Source of the DNA: Paraspadella gotoi
Lineage: Eukaryota > Animalia > Chaetognatha
Length of the DNA: 64,000 nt
Direction of reading: 5' to 3'
Assembly: GCA_051294375.1 (NCBI GenBank)
Contig: CM119267.1
Location: forward strand, 25,683,293 to 25,747,292
The translations under genes and the position numbers were made by a program. Below the pieces are notes generated by a model, which was given only the letters and a program-made list of their open reading frames with translations, was not told the origin of the DNA and ran no database searches. Positions within the stretch are counted from its first letter, which is position 1. Each line of letters opens with the position of its first letter. Shown in pieces: positions 12,888-24,242 of this stretch.

Positions 12888-14837
12888 ATGTCGGCGAACA
12901 GCCTCCTTCATCTCGTCGACCACTTTCAGCGCGTCGAGTCGGCCGTCGTCGACCTCCTCTTCCTCAGTGCCGTCAAACTCCAGTCTCTCGTCGACGCCGA
13001 GGTTTTTCTCTTGGTCGCCGGCAAAGACCGGCGCCGCTTTTACGCCACTCCTCGTCTTGCGGCGTCTTTTCTCGACGGCGCCGTTGATGCGGGTCTGCAA
13101 GTCGAAGAGGGGGACGTCAGAGTGGAGCCGGTGGCGGAGGGAGGCGAGTCGACGAACGCTTGGATCGAAACAACGATTACATCTCCGCCTCAGAATCGAA
13201 AACGAACGACGGCGCCGACGCCTGACTCATCCTCTCTCGGCGCTAAAAGACGCCGGTCGTCGATTCCAGATTGGATCGCGGAACCGGCGTCGATCGCCGT
13301 CGACGACGGTGCCGACGTCAAGGAAGAGATTGAAGAGATTATCGTCGAAGACGACGACGACGATCATTCTCGAATCGATGTCGCTGCGGCGCGGGTGACG
13401 CCGTTTTCCACCGAGGGAACCCTCGAAGACGCCGGGGCCCCATTTGACGTCAATGAGGATCCTCGGGAGCGTCAGAAAATAGCGGCGTTGATGGGAGTGG
13501 AAGATCCGTGGGAGGCCTTTCGCAAAGGGACAGTTGAGAATCGCCTCCTCACTTCTGTCTTTTATAATTTCGGAAAGAATCTCGCTCTTCGATGTCCTGC
13601 GCATGAGGTGAGAGTCCACCGCGCCTTCCATGAGCATTTTCAGTTCGGGAAAGCCGCGGCTCAATAGTTTCTGTTTTTTTGTTTTTTTTTTAATTAAAAG
13701 GAATAATACTGTAATAATAGTAATAGAAACTCGATATAAGTTCATTTTCAGTCGGTCTTCCTACTTACGTTCTAAATGCCAATAATTCGGATAATATTAA
13801 TATTTTATCAATCAAGTTCATACAAAGTAAGAAAGTAAGGCACCATGACACTTTTAATGCTTCTTGTGCATATATTTTATTCTTTTGTAATGCTTAATTA
13901 CGTAACTTCATCTAAATTCGGTCATGTGATTAAAAAGTCAACTCGGTATGATGCGCGGGGTTTTCCGTCTCTTGCTCACCCTTCTGAGAGTATCTATAAC
14001 GCATGTAGGATCGAGTCTTTAAGGATCAAAGACTAGAGGTAAGCAAAAGCAAGCATCGGTAACATTAGTAATAACAACGACCTCGAAGGTAAGCTCGGCT
14101 TAGCCACTCTATTCGAACAATATAAACCGTAATAATAAACACTAAACCCGGGCGATGGCTAATTAATAAAATGCGATCTGTAACGAATGAAATCATGATT
14201 AAACAAAGTAATGAAATAACGATGAACAGTATTGTTTGTAAACAAATATTGATTATTTATATGTTTAAATACTTTTATAAAAGGTAAATAAGATCGCGTA
14301 TACCTGTTGGACATAAACTCTCGTCATAATCCGTCGGTGTAATTCGTGTAATACTAATAGTTGATTATTTTAAATAATATCTCACAAATAAGTGATCACC
14401 CATAAGTTGTTTGTTGTGCATATATTTTATACCTATGTATTCACGTGACTATGGAAAATGCGTCCACGAAAAAATGATACTGCGGCATTCTTTCGATTTT
14501 TCCACGAGAAAGAGAGATTGAAAGAATGGAATGGAAAGCAAAGCGTCGTTTCATAATTTTTCCGATCCTCTCGCGGAATTTTAATCTTAAATTTTGGAAC
14601 AAGGTGACTTTCTCTGACCCTTCCGTCTCCGCCTATTTCGCCCGCCACGTAAACGATTTCCTGCGCCAGTTTCCCCGCCTCCTCGTGGACCGAGAGGCGA
14701 AGCCGCCTTCGTTGCTCGAGTCTCCCGCCGATGACGTCCTACGCCATAAGACAGCCTCTTCCTTCATCAAGAAGGCGGCGAGAAACGGATTCGAGAAAGG
14801 AGTCGTTTTCTTGTGTAAAACGAGGGATAAAACTTGA
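12888..14837 (+). CDS. MADS/SRF-like N-domain family protein, paralog A
   Basis: Exons 12888-13607 and 14604-14837. N-terminal KLQSLVDAEVFLLV...FYATPRL; conserved C-domain DPWEAFRKGTVENRLLTSVFYNFGK...ARNGFEKG. Confidence 0.75.
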
Positions 14838-16439
14838 AGACTTTTTAATTCCAAAGAATACCAGGTTAGCAACAATAATAATGTTTTAAAACTATGTATT
14901 GAATTTTTAAAAAAATATATTATGATTATCATAATTTTTTAAAACTGTGAAAAAGTCATTCTCAACTTACGCAATCCAAACTTCTAATCAGGAATAATAA
15001 AATGATAAAGACTTCAATAGTTAAAACTGTACTTTTGCCAGGGTTGATAAACTATTTTTTTAAATAAGATATTGTGACAATACACAATTTGTGTATTGCG
15101 CTTTTGAACCCACCTGTCCTTTGCGTCATTGTTATTTTTTTCCCCCTTTTAAAGGTCGGTCGTCGCGATGATCGTTCGCATTTTTGTCTCTGCAACTGAA
15201 AACAAAAAGAAAGAAACTCTCTTCAGTCGACTTCGCCGAAGATCTCCGACGTCCAGCATCAAAGGAGAGACCAATTCGATTCTTTCAGTCAACGTTAAAG
15301 CAACGATTGACAATTTCTTTTATTGTTGTTCAATTTTTTCATTTTCCATTACCTTGATTCATAATTCATAATACATTACTACTTGTATGGTAATTATTAG
15401 GGAGATTAGATAATATGGATCAGTCAGCTCGCATGTTGAGATGAAATTTAATAATTTCAAAACAATTACCAGAATTTGCTATGATTTAACTTAAATTTGA
15501 TCAGTAAAAAAGTTTACAAATTAAAACAAGGAATTGTTGGATCTGTGCTTGCATTCAATCATCTTGCTGGAGACAAATTCGTGCGGGCATCGGAGTTCTC
15601 CTTGTCAACCAAGCCGCCTCAGTCGCCTCATCTTCTTTCCTTGGTTTTTTTTTTTTTTTTCAATCGTTGCAATCGCTAAGCGTTTGCGACGATATTGTAA
15701 CACTTTTGCGCATAAGTGGCGTCGGCGTCGTCGTCGTCGTCGGCGTTCCAAATTATAGATCGCCTTTTTTATGATTAAATTTGGGTGTATGAAGCTGAAA
15801 ATTTATATACAGCTTCTCATCACCAATTTTCTCTCTTTTATCTTCATATTTCTCTCTCTCTCTCTTTTTTCTTTTAATTACATGTCTCTCTCCCTCTCTC
15901 TTTTCCCCATTCACTGATTCATAATCATAGGAAAAAAAACGATTCTGCAGCTGGCTCTGCAGGGGCTTATTCTTTTTCTTTATTTTCTCCTGCTGCTTTT
16001 GCTGCTGCTTTTTGAGTCTGCAGCTGGCTCTGCAGGGGCTCTCTCCTTTTCTCTCTTTTCTCCTGTTGCTTCTGCTGCTGCCATTTGATTTCATTCTTTT
16101 CTCTCTCTCTCTCTCTGTGTTTTTATTAAAAAAAAATTGAATTTGGATTGAACTCGTAAAATTAGGCATCGCATTCGTGCATGTTATCATTTTGCTATAG
16201 TAACATCGGGTTTTTATTTCACTTTAGTCTTTACTTCACTTCGTAAAACAAATATACCTTCAATAATGTTACTCCAGTCTTAGCACTTGCTAAAAATTAA
16301 ACTCGAAAATAAGTTATTTTACTGTTTTATATTTATTCTTTTGACAATGAAAAAGTTTTTTTTTTTTTTAGAAACTAACTGTAAATTGACAATCGCAAAA
16401 TAGAATTTTTCTTTCTGTTTATAAATTAATTTTCTTTTT

Positions 16440-16630
16440 TTCCCCTTTCTATTCTTTCTTTCCTTTCTATTCTTTTTTTCCTTTCTATTCTTTCTTTCCT
16501 TTCTATTCTTTCCTTTCTATTCTTTCTTTCTTTTTTATTCTTTCTTTCCTTTCTATTCTTTTTTTTTCTATTCTTTCTTTCTTTTCTTTCCTTTCTATTC
16601 TTTATTTATTCTTTTCTTCTTTTTCTTTCC
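16440..16630. repeat. Pyrimidine-rich (TTCTTTC/TTTCTA) microsatellite
   Basis: Direct reading. Confidence 0.8.
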
Positions 16631-16978
16631 GTTTATAAATTTTTTTGTTTTTAAATTTGATTTTTTTAGTATCAAAATTTGTCGTCAATCCAGATTTTTC
16701 TTATGCAATTGCGACGATCCTTATGCTTTTAAGATTTTTTTTTTTTTTTTTTGGAAAATAAAAAACAACTTAGAAATATAAGTGATATGAGGCGCTGGTG
16801 GAGAATCTTGATCATGAGTGAATCCTTCCTGCTTACGTGAAACTTATTTTTTCAAGGCGCCTCGATCCTCCAACTTTATTAAAATATTAACCGTCATCTT
16901 TGCTCCTTGACACAAGCGTTAAAGTGACGTTATGAGTTATTCTTCCTCCTCCCGCGCACCGTTTCTCGCCGCGACCCG

Positions 16979-17574
16979 ATGAGCCGTGACACGCGGTCCG
17001 ACTCCCGCGGGGAGATGAAGCGACGATTGGATGGCGCCACCGAATCAGCGCTCGTCCACTTGGGGTCGCTCGCTCGGCAGATGAACCGCGGGAGTCGATC
17101 GTCGGACATTGTTCTCGGTGCGGCCAAGGCCTTTGCGAGTCTCGAAGGTAGGTCTGGCGGATTTTGTCAACAATTCCGTTATTCAACGATATTCAAAATC
17201 GCCCAATGCTTTAGATTTTAGTATGTATCTTGCTTGACTTTGTCTTTTCCTTTTTTGTTCGTTTTTATTGTTGAGATAGGAACTTTTTGCAACCATTCGC
17301 TCTGTTTTCTTACCGAAAAAAAAGTGAAAAAAATATATCGTTTGTTTTCCCGATTACAAAATACAAAATATTGTTTGTTTTTTTTTTACCGAAATGTTTC
17401 GTTTTTCTGCTTGCAGGCTCCATAGACAACACCGAGTCGACCCTTAAGCGAATGGGCCTCGTGGCGGCGCACCTTTCCTTCCAGGCGGACGCCATCCAGC
17501 GAGCGGTCCTGGTAACGAGGGATGTGGAGGAGACGCTCGACTCAACGAGAGAAAAGCTTCAGTTTCTCGCTTGA
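16979..17574 (+). CDS. BORCS7: BLOC-1-related complex subunit 7
   Basis: Exons 16979-17147 and 17417-17574. LARQMNRGSRSSDIV..AAKAFASLEGSIDNTESTLKRMGLVAAHLSFQADAIQR matches the BORCS7 pattern. Confidence 0.85.
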
Positions 17575-18224
17575 ATTCCCCTTTTGTATTTTGAGAGCAA
17601 AAACTAATTAATTCCATGATGGTCAACGACTATTTTCTGCTTTACCGCTATTTATTTTTTTCAAAATCCTTTTTATTTTTAGCTAATGCTTTTTCATTCC
17701 ATAGACGGTTATTGCGGTACTAATTGATGTGGATCGAATTCTTATACTCTGGAGAGAGCAACTCTTTTTCGATTATTTTATAAATGGTTTGGACCTAAAC
17801 CGAATGCCCGGACTTATTATTTGAGCTTCGCTCTCGACTTCATCTCTCACCCCCAAACAAAGTGATATCCCCTCTCTCGTTGTCCTTTGACCAATTTGAC
17901 TTAACTCGTCTATTTCATTCTCAACTATACCCACAACCACAAGGTCCCACATCCATCTCAACGTGGACCAAGTAAATTATTTTTGTTTTACGCATGACAA
18001 ATTCCACATGGATCTCGCCCTCGCCAATCTCATGATTGACTGAGTTGACGTCTCTATCTTGCTGTTGGCCCGGTTCATGTTCCTTATCCATCTCGCCCTC
18101 GGCCCTGCTGAAATAGCTCTTCCTCGACTCGGCTGACATCCCTTTTTTATTTCGCCCTCGACTGAGCTTGACGTCCCTTGTCTTTCCTCTAAATCTTTCC
18201 TCTTAAATCTTTTCCCGAACTGTC

Positions 18225-21200
18225 ATGTCCCAGGATTCTCTGCCTCCGCCTTTCCGCTCTCTCGAGATTTCTTGGACTGACTTTATCTTTGAGACTCTCC
18301 TCAAGCTGGAGTCGTTGACTGAGGCGCGAGTCTTTCTCTGCGTGGAGTCGCGGCGCAGAGAGGGAAGACGTTTCGGCGGTTCCAAGGATCTCGTCGACGC
18401 CTTCCTCGCGGGACGATTGGGAGGCGCCGCCGACGACGTCGAGGTTTGCTGAGGAGGAGGGGGGAGATTTAAATTTGATTAGATAGGCAAGTTTAATGGT
18501 GGGGGAAAAAATTTAGCCTACGAATATTGAAAGACTAGTTAGGAGTGCGGGGTAATTCGGAACACTTTTGTTGATAGGCAAGTTACCTGGTCGTTTATAA
18601 GGTTATTTTAAATATTTTTACATTTACTGATAGGAAATGATGTCAATATTGTTGATGCAACATTTCAAATCAATCGATTCACGCATTGAAAAATAATCTA
18701 CAAAAAATGGTCATTTTTCACGCCCAATTTTTAAAAGAAATCTGAGTTCGTTAAATTTTCTTTTTGGTTCCACTTAAATTTATAGCTTTGGTCGAGTGAC
18801 TTAATTTGTAACAAAAAAATTGATTTTCTTTGATATCTTTTGAACCAAAAATGATAGAACGATGAGACTGGTATCATATTAAAGCCATGATTATGGGGCA
18901 TCTTTTTCATATAATTTTTCTCAAACGTTTCAAAGGATTTTTCTTTATTCTGTATCGGAATCTTAGTCAAAAGTATAGCAACTGTCGAAATTAAATTAAA
19001 CATACTTGGCCGTATTTTAAAAAATAAAAAATTATAGATTCGAAAGAGAAAAGATTGAATTGTGGCAGCAAGACTTGGGGCTGCCTCACTGCTGTCCGTC
19101 CTCGGCCTCGTCTCAATGGCTGAGCAGGGTAAGTCATCTCATTCCATCCGTGCGTCCCGGGTTCAATCCCCGGGTATCCCGGTTCTGGCCTAAATGTGAC
19201 GGTGCCGGTATAAACATGCCAGTGACAGGAGGCGGTCACTGAGGGTCCGCAGCCCTACGCCAGTTGGTGAGATACCCCGCGCCCCGGGTATCACAGGCTA
19301 TCCTCCCGTTGCCATAAGTGGTGAGCCCTACTATCGAACACACAACCGCTGCGCACCGTGCACCCACGCTTACGTCGCTTAGGGTATGCATATCACGCCT
19401 ATGCCCTACTTCTCTGGTAACGCTCCAGACTCGCTCTCTCGCTCGCCCGCTCTCACTATGGCAATGAGATCAAAACCTTCTCTCAGACATCTCCTCAGGA
19501 TTGAGGCCCCTGTGGAGAAGTCTGGTGGGGGGATCCTGTGGCAGCAAGACTTGGGGCTGCCTCACTGCTGTCCGTCCTCGGCCTCGTCTCAATGGCTGAG
19601 CAGGCTAAGTCATCTCATTCCATCCGTGCGTCCCGGGTTCAATCCCCGGGTATCCCGGTTCTGGCTTAAATGTGACGGTGCCGGTATAAACATGCCAGTG
19701 ACAGGAGGCGGTCACTGAGGGTCCGCAGCCCCTACGCCAGTTGGTGAGATACCCCGCGCCCGGGTATCACAGGCTATCCTCCCGTTGCCATAGAATTATG
19801 TTTCTGATGTAATCAAAGATTTTATTTTTTTTTAAAACACATGTTTCGAACAGATTACTGTTCCTCATCTTTCTTAAATGTGTTATTGTATATTTTTTTT
19901 AAATATTACAGAAAATAATAACTAAAATACTATTATTAAGAGCATAGTCTTTCATTAATGTTTTATGAAATTGTAAATCTTAAGTGGGAAAAATGATTTT
20001 TAATATAATTTTTTTAGTTTTGAAAAATTATTGAATAACAATAGATAAAAAATTGGTAAATATTTTCTGATTATTTTTGACGAAGTTATTTATTTTCTTC
20101 AATTCCTGCATTTTGTCCCCATCTTCCTTTTCAATTAATATTTGGTTTTTGCCCATTTTTTAGTCGGATCTGCTTTCAGCAGATCCCGACTCTATAATTC
20201 ACTTTGTCGGTCCGTCGGTCCGCCCCCTCGGTATTGTCGGGCACTCACTTATATCAAGTCATAACATCGAATTATAATTAGAAGTAGAAGGGGCGATTGA
20301 CCTGAAAATTTGTATGTGGGTAGGAAAGTGTGTGATTAAGCTGGAAACTAAGTTTCGATGGAATCGTCTGAGTGGAAATGAGTTTAAATGGAAAAAACAA
20401 AAAACCTGTTTCACTAATGGATTATGCTTCTTTTTCTTTTATATTAAATGTAAATGCAAGATGTATTAATTATTCAGTTAATTAATCAATTAGTCAATTA
20501 ATTAATCAATAATTAAATAATCAGTCAATCAATTAAGTCAATCGTTATCAGCATTATTCTCATCGTCGTCATTGCTTTTGTCGTGGTTAGTGCGGAAAAG
20601 ACCTAAAAACAAACCTTTTAATCTAATTAATTAATTAATTAATTATCGATAATGATCGTGGGCAGATCCGACATTGTTTGCTTTTTTTATTTTTTTTTTT
20701 ATTGCTAAAAATTTTTACTGTAATATTAATAGTATAACAATTTTTTCAGCTTAATTATTTAACAAATGTTGCTAACTCTTATTATTACTTAGTAAATTAT
20801 CACTAACGCGTTATAAAAAGCATATGAGCTAACACAGAAGACTTACTTTACAGGTGTTCCGTTTTACCCCAATTTAATTGTAGCTATGTAAAAAATAATT
20901 AAATTATATGTCAGTTTTCCGTATTACCTCCGTTCCCAATTCCCCCTCACTGCCCTAAAGTTTTTGTTAAACTTAAACTTTAAGTTAAAGTTTAAGTTAA
21001 AGCGGAATCTTGACAATAAAAAATATTTTTACCAATCGTCTAACTGATATCGCTTTTCAGGTGACGCTTGACAAATCGACGAACGTATTAAGGGAGGCGC
21101 CGCCTCGACGTCCGAGGAGGAAGAGGAGATCTCATTACGAGGATGAAGATGAGGCGCCGTCGTCGAAGCGAGCCTCATTGGCTGACGAGCGGTTCGTCGA

Positions 21201-21878
21201 ATCCGATTCGACGACGACGATGACGACGACGACCCCCTACGACACTTCTTTCGGTCCCGTCGTCCTCTTCTCAGAACCAGAAGTCGGTGGTGGACTGGCT
21301 ACGCCCATCAAGACAGAGACGACGCCGAGCGGCTTCGTTTCCGGCGTCGTCGCCGACTTGGACGATGACTTTCTCGCCCAAAACGCCCTCTCTCCGTCGC
21401 CCTCCCGCCCAGGGTTCTGCCGTCTCCCGACCTCCGATCGCCTTGCCGCCAAAATCGCGGCCATTCAGAGCGTCGCGGACCCTTGGCTCGTCTACAAAAA
21501 GGGAACGGTCGAGAACAAACTCTTCTCCTCCGTCTTTTACGAGTTCGGGAGGGATCTGGCCTTCGGGTGCGGGATGCCTGACCCCTCCCTCAAGGACCCA
21601 AGGGTATGGCGAAGGACTTTACTATAATACAAATGTGTATGCAAATGAGTTTACCAATTCTATCATCGCTCCCGCAGATTCACGACGCCTTCTACGACGA
21701 ACTCAGAGTCTTCATCGCCGCCAACTTTTCCAGATTCGATTTGAACAGAGACGAGAATCCCAACTTGGGCGAGGACGACAACTGCCTAAAAAAGTATTCC
21801 GCGATGGCTTACATGCGTGACTTGGCCCGGGGAGGCTTTAAGAAGGGGGTCATCATCATGACTAAGAAGAGGGCGTGA
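18225..21878 (+). CDS. MADS/SRF-like N-domain family protein, paralog B
   Basis: Exons 18225-18443, 21061-21603, 21678-21878. ETLLKLESLTEARVFLCVES; DPWLVYKKGTVENKLFSSVFYEFGR; MRDLARGGFKKG. Confidence 0.78.
19117..19170 (+). promoter_or_regulatory. tRNA-like internal Pol III promoter (A box/B box) in TRIM-1 LTR; second copy ~19593-19646
   Basis: A box TGGCTGAGCAGG (19117-28); B box GGTTCAATCCC (19160-70) in a T-arm-like stem. Confidence 0.7.
19185..19263 (+). ncRNA. Type-P5 twister ribozyme-like motif (5' LTR of TRIM-1)
   Basis: P5 CUGGC/GCCAG; P2 AUGU/ACAU; L1 GA-CGG and UAA (cut 19211/19212); P1 UGCCGGUA; GC-C; P3 AGUGAC/GUCACU; G; P4 AGGG/CCU (one C missing vs the 3' LTR); L4 UCCGCAGC. 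Confidence 0.72.
19661..19740 (+). ncRNA. Type-P5 twister ribozyme-like motif (3' LTR of TRIM-1)
   Basis: Same fold with complete P4 AGGG/CCCU. Predicted cut at 19687/19688. T1 CCG:CGG, T2 GC:GC. Confidence 0.8.
20161..20685 (+). mobile_element. Helentron-associated non-autonomous element (HINE/DINE-1-like); relatives at ~12440, ~50435-51070, ~51310-52460 (-), ~57550-59170 (-)
   Basis: 5' GTCGGATCTGC with adjacent inverted copy, GTCGGTCC microsatellite, 3' subterminal GCAGATCCGAC, T-rich flanks. Confidence 0.65.
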
Positions 21879-22192
21879 CAAAAGAGGCCATTGATATATT
21901 CTTCGTCGTTTTAAAAATTACTACCTTACTATCTCTTATAATGATTACTTAATTGATCTCATGTGAGAATTTTTTTTTTAACCCGGATTAATAATAATCA
22001 AAAAGTAAAACGTTTCCTTGATTATAACATCTTTTTTAAAAAAATACTGAAAACGAATCATGTAATTATTCTTTTTTTTTAGTTTGTAATTCGTGATAAA
22101 AATTGAAATGGCATTTTTATAAAGTTATGTTACTTTTTTCTTCGCGATTCTGTTCATTCGTCTATTTATTATTCTCCAGCGAATTTCTTGCC

Positions 22193-23555
22193 ATGACCAC
22201 CATATCCTCTTCCCTTTTCAACCTGACGAGCCGCTTCGAGGAGATCGAAGGTTCCATGTGCGACCTGATGCTGGAGACAGTCCTCAAACTGTCCGCGCTG
22301 ACTCAGTCCCGCGTGTTTCTCTGCGTGGAGTCGGCGTCGTCGTCCCCTAAGCGCCGCATATGCGGATCCGGTGATATGCTCGACTCTTTCGTCGCCGGCT
22401 CAATGCGACCCTGCGACGCTGACGTGATCGTCGAGTTGGCAGCTTCGACGTTTCGATTGCGGGAACGCCCTTTGTCGAACGGGACGACAAAAGGAAAACA
22501 GAAGCGTTCCTGGGCGGATAATTATCCTTTGACGCCGGTGGAAGACCAGGATTGGCAACCTTCTGCGTCCAAGAAAAAGGCGCAAGGGTTTCCGGTTGAA
22601 TCGCCGCAAACGCCATTCGATCCTTGGACGACGCACTTGGAGGTCGACGAGCGAGTTGGCGGCGCCGCCCGCTTCGGCGCCGGAGTCGAGATCGTCGTCG
22701 CCGCCAAAAGAGAGATCGAAGAACTCGTCATCGACGACGACGCCCAGTTAGGAGACGGCGTCGTAGAGATTAAATGTGGCGTCGTTTCGAACTCTTCCGT
22801 CAACGCCGGATTGGACTCCTTGACGAACGACGCCGTGGAGTCCTTGGCAGTGTTGTCCGATAGGCGCGCGGCCAAGATCCTCGCTTTGCAAAGCATCACT
22901 GATCCTTGGCTCGCATTTCGAAAAGGCTCAGCTGAGAATAGAATTTTTGCTTCAGTCTTCTACGATTTCGGCAAAAGGTTCGGCCTCCTGGTTCTTAAAT
23001 ATTTATTAAAAACAATAAACATTTTTCTTCGTCATTTTGTCTTTTAATGATTTTTATGTGGCAGTACGACTTGAAGCTGTTCATCCTCACCCTCTTCTTA
23101 ATGGTGTACAAAATCATCTCAACCGTGAGTCCCGTTCAATCTCTGGGTACCCCAGTTCTGTGAAGGGACCGCGTTAAAAACGCCAGTGAGGCGGCCTTTG
23201 AGGGTCCGTAGCCCCTGGTATCACAGTAATTCCTCCCATTGCCATAATTCCCACTTTTCCTGTTCTAAGCTTCGCCCTGGAAAACCACGACGATCCCGAC
23301 CCGATGGGCAATCGCAGCCGCGAAATCTTTTTTCAACATCTCAACGAGTTCGTGAAGCGTAACTTCACTCGGTTCGTCCTCGATCGTCGCGTCGGCAATC
23401 CCATTGTCGGCACCGAAGAGGATTGCCTCAAGTCCTACTCGGCGCTGGGGTTCATGAGGAAAATCGCTCGGACTGGATTCATGACGGTCATCAAGCGGTT
23501 GGAGGAAAAAAGGAGCAAAGGGAAAACCAGAACCTCGTCGTCCTCTTCGAGATGA
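22193..23555 (+). CDS. MADS/SRF-like N-domain family protein, paralog C
   Basis: Exons 22193-22977 and 23270-23555 join in frame (FGKSFALEN). ETVLKLSALTQSRVFLCVES; DPWLAFRKGSAENRIFASVFYDFGK; MRKIARTGF. Confidence 0.78.
23057..23246 (+). mobile_element. Old diverged solo LTR related to TRIM-1
   Basis: Termini TGTGGCAG...TTGCCATA. Retains GTTCAATC and GAGGGTCCGTAGCCCCT (twister P4/L4). No clear TSD. Confidence 0.75.
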
Positions 23556-23723
23556 TTTAAGATTTTTTGATGCGACGCGCTGATTTTCTTTCGTCCCATT
23601 TTTTTTTTTTTTTTTCGTAATTAGTATTGTTATTACTTTTTTTTTTGCTGATGCAAATGCGTTTGGTCTGTTCTCGATATTATTATTTATTTAATTTTTA
23701 GTTATTAAACTTTAACGAAGCCC

Positions 23724-24242
23724 ATGACCGAAAAGGAAATTAAGGTGGAGGACCGATTCGATCTCGATCGGGCGGAGGGCTTCGCGATGGAGGAGGACAC
23801 GAACCCCTTTCGACTCGAAGAGGAAGAGGAGGAGGAGGATCTCGACCTCTCGATCTACGGCAACGGTCGACTCGTTAACCCCGCGGCCAGATTCGTCTGC
23901 CAACTTTGCCGACGAGTCTACAAGAATCAGTACGGACTCGACATGCACAAGAAGAATCGTCACTCAAACGTCAAACGATTTCGTTGCCTCAAATGCAACA
24001 AAGACTTTCAACTCTGCTCCAGCCTTTTCGGTCACATCAAGACGGCACACGACGACGAGAAGGGCTACAAATGCAAGGAATGCGGCGAGATCTTCACCGG
24101 AACTCAAAAACTCACGGATCATCAAAAGACGATTCACAGGAAACTTCACCAATGCATTTTGTGCGATAAGAAGTTTCTCAAGTATTGCAGTATCGTCAGT
24201 CATTACAAAGGATATCATCACAACTTGAAAACTAGTTACTAA
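23724..24242 (+). CDS. C2H2 zinc-finger protein (4 fingers, single exon)
   Basis: Four CxxC...HxxxxH fingers after an acidic N-terminus. Confidence 0.85.
   Translation: MTEKEIKVEDRFDLDRAEGFAMEEDTNPFRLEEEEEEEDLDLSIYGNGRLVNPAARFVCQLCRRVYKNQYGLDMHKKNRHSNVKRFRCLKCNKDFQLCSSLFGHIKTAHDDEKGYKCKECGEIFTGTQKLTDHQKTIHRKLHQCILCDKKFLKYCSIVSHYKGYHHNLKTSY

Larger units (their letters stand above)
19061..19792 (+). mobile_element. TRIM family 1: non-autonomous LTR element (two 256-bp LTRs, 220-bp non-coding interior)
   Basis: LTRs 19061-19316 and 19537-19792 are near-identical, with termini TGTGGCA...TGCCATA. PBS-like TGGTGAGCCC at 19319. PPT-like GGTGGGGGGA before the 3' LTR. TSD GAAT (19057-60 and 19793-96). 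Confidence 0.92.

Noticed and set aside
17773-18190. Minus-strand ORFs upstream of paralog B
   Set aside because: Short, stop-interrupted and built on TCGCCCTCG repeats, with no splice or homology support.
19060-19718. ORFs of 60-110 aa across TRIM-1 (and 51596-51981 in TRIM-2)
   Set aside because: Chance ORFs in GC-rich structured RNA with no domain motifs; mostly non-ATG starts.
19836-19872. Hammerhead-like ACATGTTTCG...CTCATC on the minus strand
   Set aside because: Core reads AAGAUGA rather than CUGAUGA and stem I is absent; at most a dead remnant.
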